Shown piece after piece: positions 1-11,600 of a stretch of DNA of 64,000 nucleotides. The stretch is taken from IMG/VR virus record IMGVR_UViG_3300020577_008200, positions 1-64,000 of that record; one strand, 5' to 3'. This stretch comes from a virus. Its lineage: Duplodnaviria > Caudoviricetes. Made by a program: the position numbers and the translations under genes. The notes beneath the pieces were generated by a model, which was not told the DNA's origin, ran no database searches, and saw nothing but the letters and a program-made list of their open reading frames with translations. Positions within the stretch are counted from its first letter, which is position 1, and every line of letters starts with the position of its first letter.

Positions 1-3000
1 GATATTATGAAAAAATATTTAAATGCAAAATCTAATGATGGTTCTTTAGCCTCATTATTAGGTATACGGGGGACAGCGCAGGACACTTCGGCGTTGGGAT
101 TGGCAGGGAAGGGTGCCTCTTCTGCAAATCTTCGTTTGGCAACTGGTGGAGTTGTGCCGGGACACGGAAATGGTGATACGGTTCCAGCGGTTTTGACACC
201 GGGCGAATTTGTAATTAAAAAATCTTCGGCTCAAGCTATTGGTTATGATAAGCTTCATAGCATCAATAAATATGCTAAAGGTGGACCTGTAATATCAATG
301 GGTATTAATGGTAGTTACGGAGGATTATTTTTAGACAATGGTGGGGCTAGTAATAAATCCAGCACTAGAGGTTTACAGACTATCTCTAGAGAAGATAGTG
401 CCGCTGTTTTTGATGCAACTAAATCAAGAAAAGTAAGAGATGATATTAGAACAGTTTTAGGTTTATCTGGAAATAAAGATTTATTTTTGGAAGCTTCTGG
501 CACATCTGGATTTAGAGTTTATAATAGAATTAATAATAGAACATCGGCTTCAGAGATAAAGATTGGTGTTACAGGAGATGTTCCTTCATATTTATTAAAC
601 CCGACTAAGTCGGAAAAATTTTCTAAAGATGTCGATGGAAGCATACAAAATTTAGGTATTGAGGCATCAAAATCTCTTTTAAATGGTTTACCTAATAGAG
701 ATTTAGCTGTATCTCAGGCTGGCGATATAATTAAAAGTATTGGTAATAGAGGGATATTAGGATATGCTTTTGAAAGCGCTTTATTAAGTTTGAATTCAAA
801 CTCTAGTAAAGTGGCTTCTCGTGGACAGGGTGCAGATTTTGATATTGTTGGTGGTACTCAAAAGATTAAAGAGTCAGGTTTGTTTGGTATTGGTAATCCT
901 AAAGAATCTAATGTAGATGTTAAAGCTGGTTTTACATCAAATGCAAAACTTGATATTATTAAAAAAGCTATATCTTTTGCGGCTGATGGTAAAAAAGGTT
1001 TTTCTATTTCGTATAATAAGACATCTGAAGCTCCAGATTTGATTCGTGATATTTATAAAGAAATTGGTTACTCTTCTGGATTTGAGGCTCCTTTAGCTGC
1101 TAAGCCGGTAGCTAAAAAAGCTTCTGGTGGTAACACTACTGATACTGTACCGGCTATGTTAACTCCTGGTGAATTCATCATCAGTAAAGGAGCAGCTTCT
1201 AAGATTGGAACTGCTGATTTACATTATATGAATCAGACTGGAAAGGTAAGAGGTTATGCTAGCGGAGGTCCAGTAGATGTTGATAGTGTATTGTCTAGAG
1301 AAGAACTGCGTAAAATAATTAAACAAAAAGAGATAGAAGATAATAGAGCTAGAATAGCGACTGGACGAAATTTTAATCTTACTCCGGAAGGTAAAGTCGC
1401 GGCTCTTACTCAAAGTCAACTTGATAATGCAAGACAAGTAGCGGAAGAAGCTAGAAATTCTAGTAGACCGCAGTATAGTGTTACTCCTCCCGTTTCTTCT
1501 GGGCCAGTACCAACTGTATTAAGAACTGGGAATGTTGGTAGTATAGTTGCTCAATATAAAGAATTAGAAAAAGAATTAGAAAAATTAAATAATAGTAAAG
1601 TTCCTCTACCTCTTAAAGAACAGATTTTTGATAGACTAGTTAAGTCTTTAGATTCTACTAAAAAATTATTTAATGAGGTTAAGGTTGCAGCAGATAATGC
1701 TAGCGTTTCTATAGATAAAACTACTAGAGTTTCAGTAAAGGTTGATAAAGAAGGTAATAAGACTGTTGCTTCTGTAGGTTTCCCTTATCAAGACAGAAAT
1801 ACTGTTACAGAAGCTCGAAGAAGATTAGATAAAATTACGGAACAAGAAAAATTTTTGAAAGATAATCCTCAATTACGTTCTATTGCTTCGGATGCTGGAA
1901 ATTTTAAAGAACCGGGTTTTTTCAGTAGAACTGGTACAGCTATTAAAGATAGATTTAATCGTTTCATTGGACCGCAAGAAGAGGGTGGTAAGGGAGCATT
2001 AGGTAGATTTGGAGATAGATTATCTGGACCGGGACTAATAGCTTTAAGTCTTAGTGCTGGTTATGGTGCCCAAGCTTTTGAGAACAAACAGGCTGACTTT
2101 GATTTAGCTGCTACTAATAATTCTAAAGCTGAAAGTGTGACTAGTAGAGCGGGTAAAGGTGGAGCATTAACTGGTGCTGCTGCTGGTGCTGCTTTTGGTA
2201 GCGCATTTGGTCCGTTAGGTACTGCTATAGGTGGTTTAGCTGGAGGTATAATTGGTTATACCGATGGGGTTAAAGAGGCTGAAAAAGAAATTAAATCAGC
2301 TAAAATTGGTAAGGCTGTAACTGAATTAGCCGAAACTATTCAGAAAACATTGAAGAATGAGGCTCCGTTAGATGGAGCTATTAGAGCTTCTTTGAAGAAT
2401 AATATTAAAACTATTCAAACTGAAACTAGTGGAAAAGCAGCCTTAGAGTCTACTAATAGTATTTTTGCGAGTTTGAATCCATTTAGTAATGATAAGCGAG
2501 GTTTAGATGTAACTAAATATAGTGATAGTAAAGACAGAGAATTAAGACAAAGTTTGGGTAAAGAGTTGCCAGAAATATTTGCTTTACTAAGCCGAGAATC
2601 TAGAACTATGGGCGAGAACTTTGCTAAAACTAATATTGATTTAGAAGGCTTACCATTTGAAAATGTAAAGGCTAGACTAGACGAGCTTGATAAAAATTTC
2701 ATTGATTTAAATAGAGATTTATTGGAGCCAATTGCTCAATTAAAGAAAGTTTCGGTTGAAGAAGTAGCTAAGGATTTTAGAAGAAGTCGAGTTGAAGGTT
2801 TTACAGATGTGAAAAGAAAAGAAAGCGATATAAAAACAGATGTTGGTGTAGGCCAACAATTAAATTCTATTTCCCGTTTAGCTGTAGCTGCTGAAAGTGT
2901 TGCTGTTAGCATGGCTAGATTACAAGTTAATAGTTTACAACTATCTGATATTTTTGATGGTATAGTTGGCTCAGCAGGTTTAATAACAGATAATAAATTA

Positions 3001-6000
3001 GGGGTATTATCTGGCGGTTCATCTAGAGAAGCTTTTGGCCAATCTGTAGAAGGTCTAAGAGGGATTGCTGGTAACGATATTGTAGAGTTTGCTAAAGTTT
3101 TTGATAATATAAAAGCAAATCTAGCATCTGTTTTGACTAATGTGTTAGGAGATGCTAAATTAGATGAGAAACATGCTAGTATTAGAGTAAGACAAGGCTT
3201 AACACAATCTTTAACTGGTGGAACGAGAACTTTAGACTCCAGAGAGAATACAGTTTTGTCTAGCGTATCTAAAAATATAGGAAATATTCCTTTTTCTGAA
3301 TTAAGTATAGATGCTAGAAAAGATATTCATAAATTAACCGAAAAATTATTAACTGAAGTAAATCCTATTGAAAATTTGGGAAAGATATTGGAAACTGTAG
3401 CACAAAATGCCACCAGTTATACTAATGAGCTTGGAAAGCAGAGTGGTAGACTTAAAACTATTGGAATAGAAGAAGATAAGTTTAGAGGAATTCAGTTAGC
3501 TAAGCTTAGAAATTTTATTGACCAAACTGGAAAACAGAATTATACTTCTGGCTCTATTTATAATAATGTCCCATTAAGTGTTTTGAATAGACCTATTACT
3601 GAAAGAGCAAAATCGTTAACTGGTTTAGGTAATCAGTCTGAAAATCCTGATGCTATTGCTAATAAATTAAAGAAAGTTCAGGATGATATTTTAGAAGCTT
3701 CTAAACAAACTCAAGGAGCGTTTGACGCGGATAAATTTAAATCTCAGGCTTCTAGAGATGCTGCTGATAAATTAGTTAAGTTGAAATTAGAAGCTTCTAA
3801 TTTGCAAACTGCTCTTAAAGATTTAACTGATACTACAGTTAGAAATGCTGCCGCTCAAGAAAAATTAAATGCTATCCAACAGGATAAAAGTTCTAGATTG
3901 AGCTTTGGTGAAAGATTTGCTACTTCTGGCCCTCAAGAGAAAGCTGAAATTAATCGAGGTTTAAGATTAGTTTATCAAGGGGCAGGACAGGGTAATAATG
4001 TAAGCAATTTTAGTTCTGAGAATCTCAAGAAATATTTTGAGACTTTGAGTTCATTAGGCAACGCTAAGCTAACAGGTTTGGGTGGGCGTAGAGCGAGCGA
4101 TATAAAAGAAGAGGCTTTAGCAAAGCTTTATGGAGGAGTATTTGATAATGATAAAGGAGATAAGAATAATGAAAAAATTTTAATTCAAGAAATTTCTGCT
4201 AATTTTGCTAGAGCGGAAGCGGCTCAGCAAGCCTTGATACAAAATCAAAAAACTATTTATGAAAAATTAACAGATGATTTAAGAAAATTACAAAACGATT
4301 TTTTTGCTAAATTAGATAAGAATATTAAAGAGGAAAAAATAAAAAGTGAAGAACAGAAATTGTCAGACACTAAGACACAATTAGGAGATTTAGGGAGAAA
4401 TAGAGGAGAAGCAAAAGAATTTTTAGCAAAACAAATTGCAGTAAGACATGATTCTGAAGTTAATTTTTTGAAGAATAATAAAGATATTGTTGAAATTAGA
4501 AACTTAGAAAAGCAAATTAAAGATTTAGGACCGGCTTCTGCTCAAGCTAAATCTTCAGTAGGAGGTTTTGAAACCGGAGCCTTTTATGATACTGAAAATG
4601 GCCAGAGAATTAGCCAAGACAAAGTTGATATTGAACATTATAAGGCTAGAATCGCAGAATTTTTAAAGAATAAGAATTTAGGTTTAAATGACAACGAACT
4701 TTCCGAAAGGACTAATAAATTAGCTTATTCAACTACCAGTGATACTCCTTTGGAAAGCAAAACAGGCCAAAGAAATATTAGATTTAGAGGTGATGTTGAA
4801 AAGTTAATTTCTGATGAGATTAAAGATATAGCTTTAAGCCGTGGAGAAAAACTGTCTTCCACTAAGCTTAATTTGGAAAGAAATGTTTTAGGTGAAAATA
4901 AAATATCTAAATATACTTTAGATAGAGTGAAAGGTTTAGACGAACAGGGTTTTGCTAAGCTTGCAGCAAATTTAAATAAATTTGATGCTGAAAAACCGTT
5001 GAGTAAATTTGCTAATGAAGTGGAAGTTTTTGAGAAGAAAATAGTTGAAAGTGCTAATAAAATTTCTGATTTAAAATTTTCTTTATCAGCAAATTCTATT
5101 ATTTCTTCTATTGTCCCTTTTATAGCTCCTGGGTCCAGACCCACTCCAGGTTTTGGAAGTCCTTCGTTACCAACTGGTGTTCAGACTCCTGCTCCAAGTT
5201 TTAATCCTTCATTTACGCCAACTGTTACACCCGGTTCTACTCCAGGTTTTGGAAGTCCTTCGTTACCAACTGGCGTTCAGGCTCCCGTTGATGCGTATAC
5301 CGCTGGCCTTAATGCTTTATTTCCTAACGAGGTAATTCCGGGTTTAGGTATAACTAATCCTAACCTAAGATATTTTCCACCAACTGCTTCTGGTAGACCT
5401 AGACCTAGAGGTCCATCAACTACTAGAGGTAATTTTCCAGGTACTCCGGGCTTTGGTACTACTCCTGGTCAGCTTCCTAGCGAATCAAACGGATTTTTAC
5501 CTCAAACTTTTAATACTCCGGACGTTGGTGGATTAGCTCCTAATGAAAGTTTACCCGGATTATTTAATCTCCAGCCGGACGGGACTATACTACAGCCAGA
5601 CCCATTATTTAATCCTAACCTTTCTACCTCTAATAACGGTTTCTTTAACAGAACTTTTGATGAAATTAGAGATAATAACGCTCAACCATTTAATCATCAA
5701 TCTTCTTTACGTCCAGAGGTTGGTATTTCCCTACCTGGGACTCCTAGAACTTTAGATGAGATTAGAAGAAGCGCTGCCTCTTATGACCCAAACTTTACTC
5801 CAGCACCAGATTTTTCTAATACACCTGGGTCTCCAGCTTTTATTGGCCCTCAACCATTTACTGGTCCGCAACCTAGTAGCTTCTCTCCTCCTTCATCAAC
5901 AGTTTCTAGTGGGACTGGAGTATTTACTGGTTTATTAGACAAAGCTTTCAATATTTTTGGGACAAATGTTAATAGTATGCAATCTATACTAGGAATATTT

Positions 6001-6213
6001 TCTTCTTCGGTTAATGTATTAGAAAAGGCTATGGAAGCTTTCCCAGATTCAGTCAAAGGAGAATTTACTCACAATGTTAATTTAAATGTAAGCGGGACTG
6101 AAGCTTTTGCTTCTATGAGTCCAGAAATAGAAAAACTTATTCTTGCTAAAGCTAAAGACGTGTTATCTAATTATATTAAAAATAATATTCCGGAAGCAGG
6201 TATACCAACATGA
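1..6213 (+). CDS. Tail tape-measure protein, 5'-truncated (frame open to window edge)
   Basis: At least 2068 aa, Ala/Gly/Lys-rich and helical. Two copies of the tape-measure motif GG.....DTVPA.LTPGEF.I.K..A..IG...L..N...YA.GG and a glycine-rich GALTGAAAGAAFGSAFGPLGTAIGGLAGG segment. Frame GAT ATT ATG is open at position 1; followed by tail genes. Confidence 0.85.
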   Translation, partial: DIMKKYLNAKSNDGSLASLLGIRGTAQDTSALGLAGKGASSANLRLATGGVVPGHGNGDTVPAVLTPGEFVIKKSSAQAIGYDKLHSINKYAKGGPVISMGINGSYGGLFLDNGGASNKSSTRGLQTISREDSAAVFDATKSRKVRDDIRTVLGLSGNKDLFLEASGTSGFRVYNRINNRTSASEIKIGVTGDVPSYLLNPTKSEKFSKDVDGSIQNLGIEASKSLLNGLPNRDLAVSQAGDIIKSIGNRGILGYAFESALLSLNSNSSKVASRGQGADFDIVGGTQKIKESGLFGIGNPKESNVDVKAGFTSNAKLDIIKKAISFAADGKKGFSISYNKTSEAPDLIRDIYKEIGYSSGFEAPLAAKPVAKKASGGNTTDTVPAMLTPGEFIISKGAASKIGTADLHYMNQTGKVRGYASGGPVDVDSVLSREELRKIIKQKEIEDNRARIATGRNFNLTPEGKVAALTQSQLDNARQVAEEARNSSRPQYSVTPPVSSGPVPTVLRTGNVGSIVAQYKELEKELEKLNNSKVPLPLKEQIFDRLVKSLDSTKKLFNEVKVAADNASVSIDKTTRVSVKVDKEGNKTVASVGFPYQDRNTVTEARRRLDKITEQEKFLKDNPQLRSIASDAGNFKEPGFFSRTGTAIKDRFNRFIGPQEEGGKGALGRFGDRLSGPGLIALSLSAGYGAQAFENKQADFDLAATNNSKAESVTSRAGKGGALTGAAAGAAFGSAFGPLGTAIGGLAGGIIGYTDGVKEAEKEIKSAKIGKAVTELAETIQKTLKNEAPLDGAIRASLKNNIKTIQTETSGKAALESTNSIFASLNPFSNDKRGLDVTKYSDSKDRELRQSLGKELPEIFALLSRESRTMGENFAKTNIDLEGLPFENVKARLDELDKNFIDLNRDLLEPIAQLKKVSVEEVAKDFRRSRVEGFTDVKRKESDIKTDVGVGQQLNSISRLAVAAESVAVSMARLQVNSLQLSDIFDGIVGSAGLITDNKLGVLSGGSSREAFGQSVEGLRGIAGNDIVEFAKVFDNIKANLASVLTNVLGDAKLDEKHASIRVRQGLTQSLTGGTRTLDSRENTVLSSVSKNIGNIPFSELSIDARKDIHKLTEKLLTEVNPIENLGKILETVAQNATSYTNELGKQSGRLKTIGIEEDKFRGIQLAKLRNFIDQTGKQNYTSGSIYNNVPLSVLNRPITERAKSLTGLGNQSENPDAIANKLKKVQDDILEASKQTQGAFDADKFKSQASRDAADKLVKLKLEASNLQTALKDLTDTTVRNAAAQEKLNAIQQDKSSRLSFGERFATSGPQEKAEINRGLRLVYQGAGQGNNVSNFSSENLKKYFETLSSLGNAKLTGLGGRRASDIKEEALAKLYGGVFDNDKGDKNNEKILIQEISANFARAEAAQQALIQNQKTIYEKLTDDLRKLQNDFFAKLDKNIKEEKIKSEEQKLSDTKTQLGDLGRNRGEAKEFLAKQIAVRHDSEVNFLKNNKDIVEIRNLEKQIKDLGPASAQAKSSVGGFETGAFYDTENGQRISQDKVDIEHYKARIAEFLKNKNLGLNDNELSERTNKLAYSTTSDTPLESKTGQRNIRFRGDVEKLISDEIKDIALSRGEKLSSTKLNLERNVLGENKISKYTLDRVKGLDEQGFAKLAANLNKFDAEKPLSKFANEVEVFEKKIVESANKISDLKFSLSANSIISSIVPFIAPGSRPTPGFGSPSLPTGVQTPAPSFNPSFTPTVTPGSTPGFGSPSLPTGVQAPVDAYTAGLNALFPNEVIPGLGITNPNLRYFPPTASGRPRPRGPSTTRGNFPGTPGFGTTPGQLPSESNGFLPQTFNTPDVGGLAPNESLPGLFNLQPDGTILQPDPLFNPNLSTSNNGFFNRTFDEIRDNNAQPFNHQSSLRPEVGISLPGTPRTLDEIRRSAASYDPNFTPAPDFSNTPGSPAFIGPQPFTGPQPSSFSPPSSTVSSGTGVFTGLLDKAFNIFGTNVNSMQSILGIFSSSVNVLEKAMEAFPDSVKGEFTHNVNLNVSGTEAFASMSPEIEKLILAKAKDVLSNYIKNNIPEAGIPT
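5143..5280 (+). repeat. Two 42-bp direct repeats (5143-5184, 5239-5280; one mismatch) encoding TPGFGSPSLPTGVQ
   Basis: actccaggttttggaagtccttcgttaccaactgg(t/c)gttcag read twice, 96 nt apart. Confidence 0.95.
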
Positions 6214-7250
6214 AATTTTTAGATAAAATAATTACAGAAGAAGGAATAAACTGTTTTCCTTTATATACCTCCGGTAGTATTAATTCTTTTGGGTTAGTAG
6301 TTGGTTCTACTAGTTTAAGGTCTGACACTTTTAATAGAACTGATAATACTACTTTGGGCACTCCCAGTGATACTGGAAGCAATTGGATTGACAATAATTC
6401 CACTGGAAGAATTTCGTCTAATAGGGCTATTGGTAATCCTGGATTAGCTGCTAGTGAATATCATCCAGTGGCTTTACAATCATCTTATGTTAATGTGTAC
6501 GTTCAAATTATAGCTGTACAACAAGGCTCAACATCTGGGATTATATACGATTATAATGATAGTTTGGGAGCCGGTCTTGAAAGTTATAGTGGATTTCTTT
6601 TTGGCACAGATTGGGCTAATCCAACTGTTGTTAGAGTAGAAAGCGGGGCTGTTCTTTATACCATTCCAATAGGAATTACTATTAATGATGGAGACACAGT
6701 TGCTTTACAGGTTTCCGGTCCAGTAGTGTATATTTATGTAAATAGCACTCTTATTAATTCTTATCCATCTATTAATAATAGTAATACTAAACAAGGGATT
6801 GTTTTATCCAATAACTCTATATTAGAAAATTTTTCTATTACCTTAGAAAATCAGGCAACGGCGTCTTTAAATTTATATACGGAGGGAGCATATGTTGGCA
6901 GGAATAGCTTGATGCTTTATGTTGGGGGAAGTGGCCTTCTCTGCTCATCGTCTCTCCCTTTAACCTGTTGGAATAATAGTATTGTTGGAAGCTTTTCACT
7001 TTTTACCATCGGTGAAGGAACAGAGCCAGATGCTTATCCATCTTCTAATATTTTGTTACTTTTTGTGAAGGCTCCATATGGAGCTTCTTTACCGTTGTAC
7101 ATTTTGGGTGGCTCTCAACCTTCAGCTAACGCAGAATTAACTTTATGTACTACTGGTTCTATTGCCGTAACTGGAAGTTTAGCATTATCTGTGCCTAATA
7201 CTGTAGATGTTAAAACTAAAAGTCTAACGTTATATACTCATGGAAATTAA
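6210..7250 (+). CDS. Virion/tail protein, beta-rich (possibly lectin/ConA-like N-terminal domain)
   Basis: 346 aa, Ser/Thr/Gly/Asn-rich; ATGA overlap with tape-measure stop; SDTFNRTD..LG....G.NW motif resembles tail-fibre beta-sandwich domains. Confidence 0.55.
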   Translation: MKFLDKIITEEGINCFPLYTSGSINSFGLVVGSTSLRSDTFNRTDNTTLGTPSDTGSNWIDNNSTGRISSNRAIGNPGLAASEYHPVALQSSYVNVYVQIIAVQQGSTSGIIYDYNDSLGAGLESYSGFLFGTDWANPTVVRVESGAVLYTIPIGITINDGDTVALQVSGPVVYIYVNSTLINSYPSINNSNTKQGIVLSNNSILENFSITLENQATASLNLYTEGAYVGRNSLMLYVGGSGLLCSSSLPLTCWNNSIVGSFSLFTIGEGTEPDAYPSSNILLLFVKAPYGASLPLYILGGSQPSANAELTLCTTGSIAVTGSLALSVPNTVDVKTKSLTLYTHGN

Positions 7251-7268
7251 TAAGGAAAAGGTGCTACA

Positions 7269-8681
7269 TTGCCTGTGATTTATGATAATAAAAAGATAAT
7301 ACCAGTACAACATATTTCTATAGAAAAAGAATATTTATTAACTGGCGCTGGTAAACTTAAAAGACCAACTTTTAATATTACTGCTAAGGGAACTTTAGTA
7401 GCATTTAAAGGCTCTCCAGACGGAGATGGAGTTTTTTGGACTTCGTCTGGTTATCCGCCTGACACAAGTTTAGTTATAGCTAGTAATCCTGATAAAAGAC
7501 TAGCATTGTTGAGGAATAAGATGGGGGCATTACAAAATTTGTTTTGTAATCAAAATAGACTATTTGAAATTCAACCGTATGACGGTAGTTCTCCTATTAC
7601 TTTTATTCCTCGCATTAAGAATATAAATTTTGCCGAAGGTATTTGGGTTGACAAAATTGAATACACTATTAACATGGAGACCGATAGGGTAAATTTTGGG
7701 ACTTTTATATTATGCGCTAATGAAGAAGGATTAGATAATGATGTTGAAGAAACTTGGCAGATTGAGCCTAGCGACGAAAAGGTTAGAACTTATAAAATAA
7801 CACATTCTGTTTCGTCTGAAGCTAAAGATGAGTATGACCCGTCAGGAACAGGGGTTTTATTGAGAAAAGGCTGGATAGTTGCCAGGGATGACAAAGTCGT
7901 GCCGAACTTAGGATTCGATAATTCTATTAAGTTAGCCTCTTTAGCAAAAACATTTGATGGAAGTTGGGTTCAATATAATCATGTTAAAAATGAAAATATA
8001 GATGAAACTTCTGGGAAATATTCATTAACAGAGTCGTGGGTATTATTTGATGGAGGACCATATATAGAAGAATACACTGTTTCAACTAAAACATCGGCAG
8101 ATACAAATCAATCTACTGTAAGCGTTGATGGAACTATAACTGGTTATAATACTCAGGATGAACCTGGGGTTGGGGATAAGTACGTTAATGCTGAAGCTGG
8201 ATGGGCCTTGATTGAAGGAATGTTAATAACTAGAGCGCAGGGTTATTCAGGTTTAACATTGAATGCTGTAGTAATAAATAAAACTGTTGGAAAAAATCCT
8301 TTGAGTGGCGTTATAACATATAACTATGAATATAGTGACAAGCCAACATCTACGATTTCAGGAGCTTTAAAAGAAACAATTACTGTTAATGACCAATTAC
8401 CCATAGAAATATACGCTAAACATGTTTGCGTTCTCAGGACTATAGGGCCGGTTATACAAGATATCTTTACGAAGACTGAAAATAAAAGAAGTCTTACTAT
8501 AGAAATTCAGATGCCTGCAAAAACACAAAGTTTTACCCCAACTGAACCGGATGTAACATCAATAATATCTGCTTATACTCCATCTGGAGCAATTCAGGGT
8601 CCATATGTAGATAAGAATGATAAAGTGTGGAGTCCAACAAACGGAAATTACTCAAGAAATATTTCTTGGTTTTGGATATAA
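7269..8681 (+). CDS. Putative tail/baseplate structural protein
   Basis: 470 aa, TTG start with AAGGA RBS; beta-rich, with repeated ETW/ESW and ITHSVS/YTVS patterns; lies in tail module. Confidence 0.55.
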   Translation: MPVIYDNKKIIPVQHISIEKEYLLTGAGKLKRPTFNITAKGTLVAFKGSPDGDGVFWTSSGYPPDTSLVIASNPDKRLALLRNKMGALQNLFCNQNRLFEIQPYDGSSPITFIPRIKNINFAEGIWVDKIEYTINMETDRVNFGTFILCANEEGLDNDVEETWQIEPSDEKVRTYKITHSVSSEAKDEYDPSGTGVLLRKGWIVARDDKVVPNLGFDNSIKLASLAKTFDGSWVQYNHVKNENIDETSGKYSLTESWVLFDGGPYIEEYTVSTKTSADTNQSTVSVDGTITGYNTQDEPGVGDKYVNAEAGWALIEGMLITRAQGYSGLTLNAVVINKTVGKNPLSGVITYNYEYSDKPTSTISGALKETITVNDQLPIEIYAKHVCVLRTIGPVIQDIFTKTENKRSLTIEIQMPAKTQSFTPTEPDVTSIISAYTPSGAIQGPYVDKNDKVWSPTNGNYSRNISWFWI

Positions 8682-8696
8682 TAAAAGGAAAAAGAA

Positions 8697-11600
8697 ATGC
8701 CGTTAGAAGGTTTAAAATTATTTGGCTCAACTGTAAAGAATTTTAGTTCATCATTAGGATGGGGGACTAATAAAAGTTCAGTGCGTGTTAATTTAGTCCA
8801 AGATTCGTATCTTGGAGACTATTTTTTACCTCCTCCAGTTGGAGCGCCTTCTTATGTAACTTTTGGGTCTCTTAATTTTTGGGGACTATTACAAAAATGG
8901 GAAAAATCTTTATCTCAAGAAGGATTTCCTATATATGATGTTCTAATAGAAGACCCAAGAGATATATTAGATGGAACCGAAGTAATATTAGGAGTGTATA
9001 ATAATAATACATACGGAGTACCAAATTTAATAAATGTTTTTGGTTATTGGGAAAATTTATTGGGTTTTGGAGGGTCTAAGATTAATGATAGTGGGATGCC
9101 GTGGTATTTAATAAGACAGGGTTTATTAAATATAATTAATTCTCCAATACAAACGAATTTTGGCGGACCTTTAAAATATAAAGGTTATTCTTATAATTTA
9201 GATTTGAGCCAATTACCAACTACCTCGAATTCGTATCGTGTTGGAGGTGGTACAAATATGAGTTTGATGGCTATCATTCAAAATGTTTGTGATGAAAATG
9301 CTTTAGATTTTTTCGTTGATATGACTCCGGGTACTAGAAATATTAGAGTTAGAACTGTAAGTAGAAGGTTACAACCTCCAGTTGGTTATATTCAACAGTT
9401 AATAAATGAAAATTTAGCAACTGGACTATGCGTTAATAGTACAGTTGGATTGGAAGCTAGAAATGAAACAACTTCAGCCTTTGTAGTTGGAGGCGAAGTT
9501 ACTACTATATATGAAACATCTTCTAATCATACTGTTCATCAATATTTTGGTAAAGATGTCAATAATAATCCAATTATAGGAATTGGAACTGATTATTCTA
9601 TGACAGCTTTATTAAATTCTTCTGAAGTTAAAGATATAATTGGAACTAATGGGTATTATTGTTCGGCATTAGAAATGTCTTGTGCTTTAGCAGATATTAA
9701 TACTTGGTTAAATTATATGTATGCTTTAAAGCCCACATTTTCAGATATGATAGGTATCATTTCTCCAAATGTTAATCCAGCTATAAATATTTTGCATGGG
9801 CCAGTAGTTCCAGTTTTCCCAGCAGATACTTTAAATTTAGCTCCTAATTTTGTAGCCGCTGCTTCTGGTATGAGCGTAGAAGATATTTCTAATTATATTA
9901 TTCAACGAATGTATAATTTTGTTCAAAAAATTTCTCAAGAATTTTTGGGTAAAAAATATTTAATAGAAATACCTTTTATGTTTACTCAAACTGAGTCTGA
10001 AACAGGGAGAATTTTACATAGCTATGATGTTACAAACGCTGGATATATAGAATCTGGAGTAGCTCCGTTGGGATTATCGTCAATATTTGCTGATAATTTT
10101 AAAACTTCTGATAATAGATATGAGCCTATGGCGGTTCAAGCAGCTTTATCTGGGGCTGATTTAAGTAGAATTAATACTGGCGATTATTTAGTAGATATCT
10201 ATGGTGGCGGGAAAATTTATATTAAAATATCAATTGATGAAGAAATAGTATTTTTAGATGAATTAACTCCATGTGTAGTTGTTACGGTAAATAATCCTAT
10301 ATATAATGTTCCTATTGACGCTACTGGCGCTGGAATCGCAGAAATTGCAGCTATTTTCCAAATGAATACTGTAGACTGTGCTAATTTAATGAATAGTTTA
10401 GGAGCAGGAAATTTCTTCGGAAAGATATCTCCGTTACCAGTCAGCCCTACTGGATGGGCTATACCTCTTAAAAGTAATATATTAAGTTATGGACCGTGGT
10501 ATAAAATTGGGGCTTATGGAAAAGTTAATTTTATTCATGACTCAGGATTAGTTCCGTGGAATTATGGTAATTCTACTGTAATGGATTTAGCCGCGAGAGC
10601 TAAAGTGGAAGAAGCTGTTAGTTATCAACAACAAGCTGAAAGCGGGTCAATAGAATTGGTTGGTGCGCCAATATTTAATATTGGAGACCAGCTTCAAATT
10701 TCTAGTAACGCTTTATTAGGACCGTCTCTAACTGGTATGGATATTAGATATAGTGATAAAGGAGTTACAACAACTTATAGAATGCAAACTTTTTCAGCTA
10801 ATAGACTAGGAACTCATTATAAAGGTGAAGTTGAAAGATATAAAAAAGCTGCTTTATTAAATAATAAGTTAAATAGAGATGCTAGACAATTATGGAGAAA
10901 AAGCCTTTTACCTAATCCGAATTTAGCTAATATAGAAATATCCACTTTAGCCTCTTCGCAATTAAGAGGTTGGCCTGGACAATTTCAAAGAAATTCTCCT
11001 CATGCTTATCTTATTGGTATGGTAGATAGTGACGCAGAATTTTCTGATTTAAGAAGAACTTCGGTAACAACTACTTCAGATAACGAGTTTATAACTTCTA
11101 TTAATATTAATTCTGACTATTATAATAGAACAGCGGCGATGTCTTTAACTGGAATTGTTAGACCTTTTAGTACCATGTATAACCATGAAGAAATGGCTTG
11201 TTATGAATTGCCAAACCCTTCTTATACTGACGCTATAGATGGCACTTTTTTAAATCCTTTTAAAGTTAATAATGATGTTGAAATATATATACATGGAAAT
11301 AGTTACAGCGATGCCCATTCATATTTAAATGATGGGCCAGATGAAAATGTTAGAGGATTTGCTCTCAGAGGCCCGTTAATATTAAGCGGCTGGGGCTGGT
11401 GTACTGATGACGCATTTGTTCCTAACTCAAACCCAACCGATTTGAGTGGTGGGGAACTTACGAATTATTTAAGAAAATCTTGGTACTGGAAAACGGGAGC
11501 AGTTGACCTATTGTGGGATGACGAGCGCAAAGTTTGGACCCCTCACGGTTTCATGTGTGGAAAAACTATTGGGGCTATTCCTAGTGGAAGTAGTGGTTTA

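Noticed and set aside
58-6403. Short antisense and alternate-frame ORFs within the tape-measure gene
   Set aside because: Shadow ORFs of a long coding frame, with no RBS or recognisable motifs.
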